A stretch of DNA of 63,121 nucleotides, counting the filler, from Octopus bimaculoides (lineage: Eukaryota): the NCBI RefSeq assembly GCF_001194135.2. It is 4 parts of 4 records of this genome, joined end to end, with 100 filler letters (N's around TTAATTAATTAA, not from the genome) between each part and the next. Parts side by side here need not be neighbours in the genome. Positions count along the whole stretch, not along the records: positions 1 to 25,107 come from NC_069001.1; positions 25,208 to 44,194 come from NC_068999.1; 2 more parts are not named here. One strand, written 5' to 3'. The notes under the pieces were generated by a model that made no database searches, was not told the origin of the DNA, and was given only the letters and a program-made list of their open reading frames with translations. Of this stretch, positions 13,082-26,265 are shown piece after piece. The translations under genes and the position numbers were made by a program. How positions within the stretch are numbered: the first letter of the stretch is position 1; each line of letters starts with the position of its first letter.

Positions 13082-14267
13082 ATCATGATCATCGATATAA
13101 TCAGTACCGTGACTGTGTTGGTGATGATGGTGGTGGTAGTGATAGAAGTGGTAGCGGTGGTGGAGGTCGTGGTGGTGGTGGTGGTGATGGGGTACTGATG
13201 TTGACGGAGATAGATGGTAGAGATCATAAGAAGTTAAGAGAAAGAATTCCTCGTTAGTTAATTATATTTCCTTCCTTCCTTCCTTTCCTGTCCTTTCATT
13301 TTTGTTACATTTCATTCGCTTCTAGTTGGATTGTTTTTTATTAATTTTGGTAGGATTTTTTTTTACCTACCCACATCCCTCCCCCACCCTGTGTACACTC
13401 CCAACTACCCCCTCCATCGCTAATTTGACTCTATGACTATAGGAAAAAACCTTTGATATGTTTAGACCTAGCATGAAAACAATCCAAAATCTTCGACAAT
13501 AAAAATAATAATAATAGTAAATCAGAGCAAAAATACATTTAAACAAAATACAAATAAGAAATAATCAAAAATGAACACAAAAAAGTAATAGCAAACAATA
13601 AAATAAAAGTAAGGAAAAGAAACAAGAAAAAAACAAGATGAAAAGAAAGGTAAAAGAAAATCAAACTGGATGGGAAAATTTACGATAAAAATAAACTTGA
13701 AGCTTCACTGAGACAGGAGGGGGTGAGGGTGGGGGGGGGTTAGTTTAGCACAGCTTCAGAGGGAAGAGAGAGAGAGAGAGAGAGGAAACCCAAATGCAGG
13801 AATTTCTAGGAAGTTTGAGTCAACTTTAAGAGTAAGTGCTGTTAGCGTCAACTTTTACTCTTTTGCTTTTTGTATATGCATATATGAGTGTGTGTGCGCG
13901 TAATAAATGTATATATATATAATGTATTATATGCACAAATATATATGTATATATACATATGTATTTACATACATTACATATATACACACACACACACAAC
14001 ACACACACGTACACACACCTCTGGCACCATTTTCATTGTCATCCGGACAGATTAGTGGCTGCACAAAGAAAACGGAAAGCAGCAGAGAAATAAACTGGAT
14101 GTAAAAAAAAAAATAATAAACAGAAAAAAAATAAGATCAAGGAGCTGATACTAAATGAAAGGGATTTTGTGTGTGTGTGTGTATGATTATTTACATGCAT
14201 ACCTATGTATACACACACAGATCAATCAATAGATAGATAGATAGATAGATAGACAGATAGACAGGCT

Positions 14268-14302
<35 letters not shown>

Positions 14303-14429
14303 GTGTGCATAATTACAAATATATGTTTGTATATGAAATGTAATTAGACATATATACACATATATCTATATGTACGTATGCAAGTATCTATTTTCCTTTC
14401 TTATTATCTTTATGTATGTGTGTGTATAA

Positions 14430-14491
<62 letters not shown>

Positions 14492-14878
14492 ATTTTCGTA
14501 ATTTGGTGTGTATAAAGAAAAATAGTGAGTAGAAAAACTCCAAAATAACCGATTCCAGTGACAAGTTTAGCCAACTCATTGCACTCTACATGTGCATGGG
14601 TGTGTACATGTGGGTTTGTGTATGTTTGTCTTCATATCATGTGGTAGTTGTAAATAAGTGTTACCATTATACAAGAGGTGGCAATCACTTCCAATATTTT
14701 GTGAAAACCTGTCCAGCGATGAGGAAATATTACCTTTCTTGTAAATAGGTAAAGATTGGCACCAGGAAGAGCATCTGGGTGGGAAAATCTGATTCAACAG
14801 TTCCATTTCAGTCAAGCAATCATGGAAAAGTGGGCACAAAATTGATGATGATGATACACACACACACACATATATATA

Positions 14879-15380
14879 TAGGGTGTGGTGAATAAATTGT
14901 TGTCTAAATTATGCAAAAATGGAAATAACACTGACATCTCATTTTAACAGATATATTTACCAAAATTACATAAAAATATCTTGAAATAGTAAAGAGTAAA
15001 TTTATTCAATAAAATCGCCATTGGCTTCAACCACGGCCTCCAGATGACTTCAGAATCTCCTGCAACTCTTCTGGATGGTCTCCAGGTTTAAGTTGGTGAA
15101 TGCTGCAATAATCCTTGCTTTCGGATCATCTTTGGTGTTACAAGGAGTTTTGTTGGTCACTCCCTCAATTGTGCCCCACACATAATAATCAAGAGGGTTG
15201 CAGTGTGGGGAGTTAGGTGGTCAAATGTTAGGGGTGATGTGGTCACTGAAATTGTTTGACAGCCATGACTGGGTTCTCCTGCTTGTGTTGCATGGTGCAG
15301 AGTCTTGTTGCCAGACATAGGGTCTTCCAGCAGCCATCCTCTTGACCCAGGGCAGCACTTGCTCCTCCAGGTACATAATG
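14879..15380 (-). mobile_element. maT (DD37D) Tc1/mariner transposon, 3' half with terminal repeat
   Basis: YVWQQDSAPCNTSRRTQSWLSNNFSDHITPNI*PPNSPHCNPLDYYVW has 37 residues between the last two Asp. Ends EANGDFIE*; putative TIR GGGTGTGGTGAATAAATTGTTGTCTAAATT next to TA repeats. Confidence 0.85.
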
Positions 15381-15514
15381 TAAATGTAAATATTTTCTTT
15401 CTCTAATCCAAGATGAAGTTCTGAAAGCAGTTCGTTCCTTTTTTTCACAGACTTAGAGAGAAAGAGAGGCATCTACATTTAACCTTATTGTGACCATATT
15501 TACAAAAACTAATG

Positions 15515-15870
15515 AGATGCAGGCTTGGCTGTGTAGTAAGGAGTTTTCTTCCTAAACACATGGTCCCAGATTCAGTCCAACTCTGTGGCATCTTAAGCGA
15601 GTGTCTTCTACTATAACCACAGGCCGACAAAAGCCTTGTAAATGGATTTAGTAAAAAGAAACCAATCGAAGTTTGTTGTATATGTGTGTGTGTGTGTGGG
15701 GGGTGTATTAGTGTTTGCCTTTTTCCCCCCGCTGCTGTTTCACAACTGGTCTTGATTTGTTTTTAACCCCATGACTTAGCAGTTTGGCAAAAGTGACCAA
15801 CAGAATAAGTACCGGGCTTTAAAGAAAAACAGGTAAGTACAGAGATTGATTCATTCAACTAAAACCTTTC
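15515..15870 (+). mobile_element. tRNA-derived SINE (main family)
   Basis: GCAGGCTTGGCTGTGTAGTAAG head, internal (TG)n and GACTTAGCAGTTTGGCAAAAG..AGAATAAGTAC module. Confidence 0.75.
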
Positions 15871-17901
15871 TACACAAACACACACCACTCATTTCAAGTC
15901 CCCCACTTGATAGGACAGGGGTTAAACAGATAGGACCCTGTAGTTAAAACCATGAGTGATTGCCATAGCAGCAACTGCCTCATTCCATATTGTTTTCCTT
16001 CCACAGATCCTGTTTGTTGATGTTCCAAGTGAGTAGAAGATTTCAAAATGAAATAAGCACCGAGTTGATGCCAGGGATCAAATTTGAGGTTAGAGATCCC
16101 TCAGGGGTTTCAGTACCTTTACAACCTACCATCACCCCCCTCCCCCACCCTGCCACCAAGAACTACATCAATGAGTAATTACTGATGGGTTGTAAATAAG
16201 TGTAACAACCAGTGATATGCAAATTATCCAAATCTGCACCCATTAAGTCATCTCCACTGAAAAAGGAAGAAGAAGAAGAGGAGAAGGAAGAGGAAGTAGA
16301 TGCAACAGAAGAAGTAAGAACGAAACATAAAAGGACAACAAACAAGAAATGTGCATTAAATTTTCATATTTTCATTGTCACCAGAACCATTATTTTCATC
16401 ATTTTAATCATCATCAGCAGCATTATTGTAATCTCTTTAAGTATATTCATCATCAATGCCATTATCATTATTATTATTATTATTGCAATTATCATCATCA
16501 TCATCATCATCTCAACCATCATCCTCATCATTTCAATCACCATTATTATTGCTATTGTTTTTATTGTTGTTCTTATTATTGGCATCATAATTATTGTTAT
16601 CATCATCATCACAACAAACATTATCACATTCATTACCATTAAGATCAAGAAATAACCCCAAATGCCTAAATTCTTTTTATTTTTTGTTTTTGCTTCCATT
16701 TAATTTTTTTTTTTTTTTGTTATTTTTGTTATTCATTAGTATTTTAATATTCAGTTCGCCAGTTGTGTAATCCTTTCAAGCACCAAGTTGCCAATAGCCA
16801 TAGCAACAGCAACAGCTTTACAAATAACAACAGCAACTCCAACAATGACATAAAAATTTAACGGCATATTCAAAGATTTTGCCAAAACACTGGAACCGAG
16901 AAGAAAAAATAATGAAAAATTAATGAGACCTTCCTTTTTCATAGTGATGTTGCTGACATAGCATTGTTTCCGAAAACAAAACTAGCAATATGTCATAGAA
17001 TTTTCATAGAAACTTCTCAGAAACAGTTCCATTAATTTGGAGGAAGAAATTATTAGGTTTTGGCTTTTTTTTTTTGTTTTACAATTTGAAGTGCATTTTT
17101 TGGCTTTGTTTTTTATCCACGGTTATTGCACTGGTACTATGATTTACTTGTCAGATCAATTGATCAATTGTTTTTCAAAGATGGATGCCCTTCATACCAA
17201 CCACTAACCATTTAGTTGTAAGAAGGAATGGAACCTTTTTTCTGTAGAGGATTTTTATCTATCTTTGAGGTATTAACATGGATACGTGGTTAAGAAGTTT
17301 ACTTCACAAATACATGGTTTTGGGTTCAATCCTGTTGTGCACTACCTAAGCAACAATCTTCTACTACACCCCAGGCTGGTCGATGCCTTTTGAGTGAATT
17401 TGATAGACAAAAACTGTAAGATGTTTGTCTTCTATACTGTAATAAAGAAAAATGCTTACTGGAGTGCATAACATTTACTAAAAGAAAGCAATTATTAAGA
17501 TCAACATTGTCTAGAAAGTTCTTATAAATTCCAATCTTAATATATTGTTATCAAAATGTGATTTTTAGGGTTGCTTTATTACTGATGATTTCATCTTCAT
17601 GATTCACTTGCAAAACTAATTTCTATTCACTATGACAAAATAGTGTTTTTTAACATCTCTGACTATATTTCAAGAAATATGAAGATTGCCCAAATATTTA
17701 CAATACTACTTTTTATAGACATGTCAGTAAAAACACATCTCCAGATTATAAGTTTAATGCAGGGGTAAGAGAAATAACTCAGCTGGTCTTATGATATGAA
17801 TCATCATCATCACCATCATTTATCATCTGCTTTCCATGCTGGCATGAGCTAGAGAGTTAGACTGAAACTGGTAAGCGGGAGAGTCGCACCAGGTTCCAAT
17901 C

Positions 17902-18304
17902 TAGCATAACAAAAACAGCCGAAATGCTTGGTGTATCAAGAAATACTGTCTCGAAAGTAATGACAGCTTTTGAGAAAGAGGGAAAAACCTCTTCATTGAA
18001 ACAAAACTCCAGAAGAAAACTAAAACTTTCAGATAGGGACTATCAGACTCTTACGTGAATTGTTAGAAGGGATCACAAAAGTACAGCTCCTAAAATTACT
18101 GCAGAGCTTAATGACCACCTTGAGAACCCAGTTTCCACAAAAACTGTTCCACGGGAGCTGCACAAAGCCAGATTTCACGGGAAGGCTGCAATCAGAAAAC
18201 CACTACTTTCAAAAACAAATGTTGCAGATCATTTAGAGTGGAGTAAAAAACCTATAGAATTGGTCCCTGGAGCAGTGGAAGAATGTTATTTTCTTGGACG
18301 AGTC
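17902..18304 (+). mobile_element. Tc1 transposase N-terminal fragment (pseudogenised)
   Basis: SITKTAEMLGVSRNTVSKVMTAFEKEG..LSDRDYQTLT*IVRRDHKSTAPKITAELN..RKPLLSKTN..EQWKNVIFLDES: paired-like HTH plus first catalytic Asp; one stop and one frameshift. Confidence 0.85.
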
Positions 18305-19175
18305 ATTGTATGCAAAAGTATACAATACCAAAAAAAAAAAAAAAAAAGGATTCAACAGGTCCAAAGGCTGCATTGAACTCCAATGTCTGCTTTGGCATGG
18401 TTTCTATGATTAGATTACCTTTGTAATGTCGACCACTTTACAGTAAGTACTAGAAGCCTTTTCTTTCCATAGTGCCAGCACTGGTGAGGTTGCTACGCAG
18501 CCTGCACAATTAGGATTCTCTTCAGGCTGAGTGTTGCTGAGAGGAAGGTGGCTTTATGTAATGAGGAGGGGGTTAAAGTGAGAGAGGGAGGGGAAAGAAC
18601 AGAAGAGGCTTTCTTGCTGTTGAGGATCTTTGCAGCTATTCACGTTTTAGAAGAAAGGGTGGGAGTAACTTAGATGGAGCTAGAAAGAAATAAAAATAGC
18701 AGTGATGAGGTGTTGAGGTGTACAGTGAAGATCTGAAGTGTGTAGAGATGTGTATGGAGAGGAGAAGAGGAAGAGTGGCCAAGTAGAGGTGAGTGAGTAT
18801 AGGGGCACAGCTCGTATGGGGGTGTAATGCATGCAAGAGTGAGGGATGGCTAGAGGTAGGGAGTTGGTAAGAGGGTGAATATAAGGCAGAAGAACAAGTG
18901 TTGAAGAATGATAAGTAGGGAAGAGTAGGGGCTACTGCAGAAATTATACAAGGTTGAGGGGTGAGGGAGGGGAGGGGAGATAACTGACTGTACAAGTTTT
19001 ATATATAAATGTATGTGAGATTTAGATATAATCTGTATGTGTATGTTTATATTTATATATGCATACCCACATTTATACACACATATATGCACATACACAC
19101 ACTCAAACACACATGAACAAAAGTATGAGTATGTCTCTTTCTAGATATATATACATACATGCATATATATGCATG

Positions 19176-19259
<84 letters not shown>

Positions 19260-20484
19260 TGAGTGTACTTATGTATGTATGTGTACGCATATATATTTAT
19301 GTTTGTATGTATGTATGTGTAGAGAGAAAGAGAGAGATACATACACACATATATATATCTACATGTACACATCAGTATTTGAATATTTGTGCATGAATGT
19401 GTGTGTGTGTGTGCACGCATGCTTGTGCATGTGTATACACACACACACACACACACAAACATACAGAGAGAGTGAAAGAAAGAAAGAAAGAAGAGAAGAG
19501 AGAGAGAAGAGAGAAAGAGAGAGATGGGGTAGTAACCAGAGATGTATATACACTCTTTTTTGGTCTTGGCAATAGGGAATGGAATGAATAAATGAATGAA
19601 AAATATAAAACCACAAAAAAAAAAAAAAAAAAATTACAAAACACAAACAACACAAAACTAAATATGTTATTACCGATATTCATTTTAGCATTTAATGAAT
19701 AACATGAGAGATCTTTCATGAAGCTACCAAAGATCTGAAAACTGTTTCTGATTCCAAAATTGGTTCAGACTCACCAATGCAATTCTTTGAAAAAAAATAA
19801 ATAAATAAATATGAGCTTGATATTTGTAGTTTTATTTTACAACCATTTTTATTTAATTTTGTTGGTTTGGGTTCTTTGTGGGGTTTTTTTATTGTGTTTT
19901 TTGTAGCTTATTTTCATATGTATTGATCAGGTATGGCTGTTGCTGCTAATTTTGTCCTTGTCCTTGTTTGTGGTTCTTGTTATTGCTGTTGATGTTATTG
20001 GGCCTTTGTGCCAGGTCAAAAGATTATCATTATTATTATTGTTATTATTACCACCACTACCATCATCGTTGTCGTCATCGTCATTGTTGTTGCTCTCCTT
20101 TTCGTAACATTTGTATTTATTTTTTTGTTTCCCTTCTGGGAAATGATGAAATTATTACTATTATTATTACTATTATTATTATTATTATTATCATCATCAT
20201 CATCATCTCTGACTCCATCACCACCACATCATCATCATCACTGTTGTTGTTATTTAAAAAGTAAAAAAAAGAGACAGTAATCATTATATTATAGTTATCT
20301 TCATCACATCATCATCATCATCATTTTATTTATTTGTTTTTCTTGTTATTCTTTCTTTTTGATATTTGTATTTTTTTTTATTCTTTGTCTTTGTTACTCT
20401 TGTGGCAAATAACAAAATGATTATTAATACTCTTCTTCTTCTTCTTCTTCTTCGTCTTCGTCTTCTCCTCCTCCTTCATCTTCT

Positions 20485-20526
<42 letters not shown>

Positions 20527-21136
20527 TTACCCCATCATTATCATCATCATCCTCATCATCAACACCATTATTTTGATATCTGTTGTTGTTACTGTTATTG
20601 TTGTTGCTATTATTTTGATACTATTAACCATCATGGCTACTTTTATTTTTCATGAAATTTTTTTTCTATTTTATTCCCTCCTTGCACATTTTTATACTTC
20701 TTTATTTATTATGCTTTTTTTTGCTTCTTTTTTTAGCTTTTTGTTTTGTTTTTGTATTTTGTATTTGTGTTTTTTTCTAATTTAGCTCAAATCATTCCAG
20801 AAATAGGTTTGTAATGGAAAAATATCAAATAACAATCAAACACAGCTGGTTTTTTTTTGGGGTTTTTTCTAAATATATACCATTCGGAAACCGTTCCGAT
20901 CTATTTTATATTTTCGTTGTTATTATTGTTTATTATTGTTTTTATTATTGTTTATATTACACACAAAGATTTTTATGAAATAAAACAAAAAATTATGGAC
21001 ACACAAAGAACACCATTATGCGTTTCTATTAAATATAATTGGACAAGTCTTTCAAGAAGTCATCAAATGCACAATTATTGAATTTTTAGAAAATACTTTG
21101 TTTCATATAGTTAGCAATGTGATATATGTGTGTGTG

Positions 21137-21177
<41 letters not shown>

Positions 21178-21190
21178 ATCTATATATGAA

Positions 21191-21245
<55 letters not shown>

Positions 21246-21278
21246 NNNNNNNNNNNNNNNNNNNNNNNNNNATGTGTG

Positions 21279-21321
<43 letters not shown>

Positions 21322-21350
21322 ACGTATATATGTGTGTGTATACTTATACC

Positions 21351-21387
<37 letters not shown>

Positions 21388-23246
21388 GTATGTATACAAG
21401 CATGGGTGTGTGGTAAAAAAAATCTTTTCACAACTAGAAAGTTTTTCTGTTCAGTACTATTATGTGACACCTTGGACAAATGTCTTCTACTGTATCTCTG
21501 GGTTGACTAATACTTTGTGACTGAATCTGGTACTACTGTGTGTGTGTGTGTGTGTGTGTGTGTTTAGGGAGGGCACTGGTTATTCTTGAGCAAAGCACTT
21601 TATTGCTCCAGATCACTCATCTGGCAAAAATGAGTTGTCCTGCAGTGGAGGATAGCTTCTGTCCAGGAGTGTCGGATGTGCCACAGAATCTGGGAAAACT
21701 GACCTTATGAGCCTATGGCTTGGGATGACCCTTTGATCGTTCTTTTGATAAATGTTTGTTTGTGTGTTTTCAACTTGTGTTGACATCACATGATGGTTAC
21801 CAGCAGCCATCACCATCATACAGGTGATGACGATTGTTTCTGTGGAAAGCATATATGGGAAACAGGTGAAGACTGGTGACAGGAAGGGCACCCAGCCATA
21901 GAAAATCTACCTCAACAAATTCCATCTGACCCATACAAATCCAATCCCGCTGCAGGGCAAGCTAGACAGATGTCCTGTGCCAACCAATGACCTATGAATG
22001 GAATTAATAAACAGAAATAGTATTTTGATTGCGACTTCAGGTTTTAGAAAGACCATTTAATTCTTTGATATTATATCTTTATCATTAAACAGAGAGTCTA
22101 ACATAACAGTGTCTACTTTAGTTTGCAGTTCCTTTTATATCATTACTTACTTTTCATCCACAACTAGAATTAATTAGATCGAGATTGTTACAATGTTAAT
22201 GACTCAGGGAATTTCAGTACTCAAATGGAAAAAACAAAATTAAAACTGATTGCTTTCTCTAACTGGCAAAGATCATGATTGACAGTTGAGCAAAAGAAAG
22301 TTTTGCATTCATTCTTATCACACTGTCTGCCTTGATAACAGACGACAGTGGTCTCGTTATCACAGATGGTGACTTCAACTTTTTAGCATTTTAAAAATCA
22401 GCCACCCCTGGCCCAAAATATTCTGTTTTATGTTAAAACTGTTCACATCCAACCTCTCACACTTACCCTATTGCATAGTTCTAAAAATAAACAAGCACAT
22501 CCTTAGACTATCAAGGTTGTGAGATAATGTATGATTAATTCAAAATAATATGTATAAATAAGCATCATATTTGACAGAGTAATCTGAATGCTAAACATGT
22601 TTACACGCTGCACATTGTGGGTTACACTGGACGAAGAGGAATAAAAGGGGACATGATGGGTAATGAGGTCTTAGATTCACACTGTGCCCTAAAGAGCTTT
22701 CGGATGGTCTGGATGGAATGCCTTTCATATTAGTCCCGATTGGGACCAATCAGCATGATGTGATTCATTGAAGTGAGGGAGCCTCCACAAGCATTTTAAC
22801 CTAAAAGAAAAAGTAACCAAATTTCCCTCAAAACAAAATAAGACACACTGACTTCAGCAAGAGTTGAACTCGGAACAACAAGAATCAGACTAATTACCAC
22901 AAGGTATTCTACTGATATTCTAACACCTCAGCTAACTCACTACAGAAACCATAATATATTCTGTCCCTAGACATTATTTCTGCTTCTAGAAGTCTGGTGC
23001 AGATAGAAGACTAAAACCACTCGAAACATTGATCAGTTATAAGACAAAGAGAATCGTAAATATCACTTGTTATTGATAAATACCAAAACTGATTAATATG
23101 AAAAGACACCTGAAATTCAAATCAACCTACATATTAAAATAAAAGAACACGTATATACATATATATATATATATATATAGAATATATGTATACCAACATG
23201 CATGTGTGTTGCTTATCCGTTACATTTTTTTTACTTGTTTTACTTG

Positions 23247-23289
<43 letters not shown>

Positions 23290-23329
23290 GGGCACATGTA
23301 TATATATACATATGTATATACTCGCTAAA

Positions 23330-23713
23330 TGAATTGAGGGCATGATTGATCTCAATTACTGGGACCGCGTTATAGCCTTGAGACTCTACTCTTTCCAGCG
23401 CCACCGCGAGCGGTACATCATCTGTACAAAGTGGAGAATATACCACCAGCATTGCCCAAACGACCTGAACATTAGTTTCAAGGTTCATCCAAGGCTGGGA
23501 CCACGGGCCATATGTCCCCTGCCCAATTTAGGATCACAACACATAAATACACTGCAACACAATTTCTTTTCTTCAACAGGCCCCGCCCTATTTAACATTG
23601 TCCCGAAACAGATAAAAGAGGAAAAGGATCCTATCAGCTTTAAATGGAGTCTAGACAGATTTCTTCAAGGAATACCAGATAAGCTACCCATACCTGGATA
23701 TAACTCACTCAAT
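23330..23713 (+). mobile_element. CR1/L2-group LINE ORF2 C-terminal fragment
   Basis: LNYWDRVIALRLYSFQRHRERYII..FSSTGPALFNIVPKQIK..FKWSLDRFLQGIPD is a typical CR1/L2 ORF2 tail; ends at an N gap. Confidence 0.8.
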
Positions 23714-24213
23714 NNNNNNNNNNNNNNNNNNNNNNNNNNNNNNNNNNNNNNNNNNNNNNNNNNNNNNNNNNNNNNNNNNNNNNNNNNNNNNNNNNNNNNN
23801 NNNNNNNNNNNNNNNNNNNNNNNNNNNNNNNNNNNNNNNNNNNNNNNNNNNNNNNNNNNNNNNNNNNNNNNNNNNNNNNNNNNNNNNNNNNNNNNNNNNN
23901 NNNNNNNNNNNNNNNNNNNNNNNNNNNNNNNNNNNNNNNNNNNNNNNNNNNNNNNNNNNNNNNNNNNNNNNNNNNNNNNNNNNNNNNNNNNNNNNNNNNN
24001 NNNNNNNNNNNNNNNNNNNNNNNNNNNNNNNNNNNNNNNNNNNNNNNNNNNNNNNNNNNNNNNNNNNNNNNNNNNNNNNNNNNNNNNNNNNNNNNNNNNN
24101 NNNNNNNNNNNNNNNNNNNNNNNNNNNNNNNNNNNNNNNNNNNNNNNNNNNNNNNNNNNNNNNNNNNNNNNNNNNNNNNNNNNNNNNNNNNNNNNNNNNN
24201 NNNNNNNNNNNNN

Positions 24214-24262
<49 letters not shown>

Positions 24263-24689
24263 ATGTATGTGTGTGCACACACATGCGTGTATGCATGGAT
24301 AGGTGAATGCATATTTCACTGCATATTTCAGTGCAAGAAGGTTTTGGCTTCTTAAAGAATTGTTTTTACATTTTGAAATTGTTATTAGTTATATGTTTGA
24401 TATTAAATTTATATGTTCTCTTGCTTCCTTCCATTACTATTTACCAGTATGCCAAAACAGTAGCGGCAATTCTACTGAAAACTAATATATAATATTCATG
24501 TTTGAAGCAAGATTCTTTGAGAAGATTCAATTTATAAAAATTCATAAGTAAAATAAAATAAAATTAAAATATAATACAAAAATATGAAAACAAATTGAAA
24601 TTTAAATTGAAATCTAAAAAAGAAATTATATGCGTATATACATATATATTATACATACACACATACATATGTATACCGAGACATATATG

Positions 24690-24751
<62 letters not shown>

Positions 24752-25107
24752 TATATATATACACATATATACATGTATACATATATATATATATGTATGT
24801 ATGTATAATATGTATGTATATATATTATATATATGCATATATATTATATATATACACATCCATAAAAATTTTAAATTTAAAGATGACAAACAATTTCAAT
24901 TTAGTTAAACAGTTTTAAAATTTCTTATTTTTTTAAGAGTGAAAATTTTCGTCAAACTTTGAATTATTTGTGTGTATATGTATATGTGCATTTTATTTTT
25001 GTTTTTGTTCTTGTTTTCTTTTTGCTTTTGTTGTATTTTGCATATTTCTCTTTTACTTATATACACACACACACACATATACATATATATACACATACAT
25101 ATATATA

Positions 25108-25207
25108 NNNNNNNNNNNNNNNNNNNNNNNNNNNNNNNNNNNNNNNNNNNNTTAATTAATTAANNNNNNNNNNNNNNNNNNNNNNNNNNNNNNNNNNNNN
25201 NNNNNNN
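25108..25207. other. Artificial assembly linker (44N + TTAATTAATTAA + 44N)
   Basis: Exactly 100 bp; the 12-mer is palindromic with TAA in all six frames; identical blocks at 44195-44294 and 58618-58717. Confidence 0.9.
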
Positions 25208-25440
25208 GTGTTTTTGTTTCACTTTTGACACGTAATACTTAAATAGTGGAGGAGATATTATGTTGCCGTGGGCTCAAACTCTGCAAGAAGTTAAAAATGT
25301 TTTTTGACTAAAACACAACTGGAACCCTAAGTAAGGCATGTGTAAAATTTGAATGAAATTGGTTGCGTAGTTCTCAAGTTTTAGGGATTCACACACACAC
25401 ACACAGACAGACACACATTCTCATTTTTATATATATAGAT
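25208..25440 (+). mobile_element. HINE/DINE-like element 3' part
   Basis: Near-identical to 44420-44657; ends with (CA)/(GACA)n and CATTCTCATTTTTATATATATAGAT. Confidence 0.55.
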
Positions 25441-26265
25441 TATTTATATTATTATATGATCGAACGCCACGCGTCCTTTTCCAAGTAAGTTTTATCTTAA
25501 TAATTACAATGCGCACTCTTCTACTATCTCTCTCCCTCTCTTGTTCTTCATCCTTTCTATTTTTCTCTCCCTTTCACTGTTCCCTCTCTCTCTCTCTCTC
25601 TCTCTCTCACTCCTCCTCTTCCTCCTTGACTCTAACGTCGCTGACATGTGACGAAAGGGGTTCTTTCTTTCTGCCCACTGGTCTTCCTAAAGAACAGACG
25701 TGTTTTTTCCGTCTCTTCTATCATGGCACTTTTACTTAGCGTTCATAATTTTTCTATCGTCTTGGCTCAACATCCCTCACCGTTTGTTTTTACTGTCTTG
25801 TTTTCACTGTCCTGTTCTTGTTATCACTTTCACCCTCCGCAAAAAATTCCAAATTTTATTTAATTTGCTTTGCAGGAAGGACTGTTCCAATGAAGTCGCG
25901 TATTGTCCTTGCCTTCGAAACGCGGAGTAGATGGAACAGGGACAACTGATGAAGGAATATACTCTTAATGTTGCATGTCTCGTTTCTCTGTTTGTTTTTT
26001 TCGTTGTTCGTTTTCTATTTTCGTTTCTCATTGTGTTTAACATTTTTTTTATGTACTGTACCCATATATGTAGGTATGTACATATATGTGTGGATATATG
26101 CACATGTCTATATATTATTTATATTATTATATGATCGAACACCATGCATCCTTTTTCAAGTATGTATATATACATATATATGTCTATATATATATATCTA
26201 TATATGTATATATATAAATATATATATATAAATATATATATACACACACACATATATATATATAT

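Noticed and set aside
12881-13227. Hydrophobic V/I-rich ORFs resembling membrane proteins; similar ones at 16212-16699 and 19968-20785
   Set aside because: Products of (CAT)n/(GGT)n/(TAT)n repeats, open on both strands.
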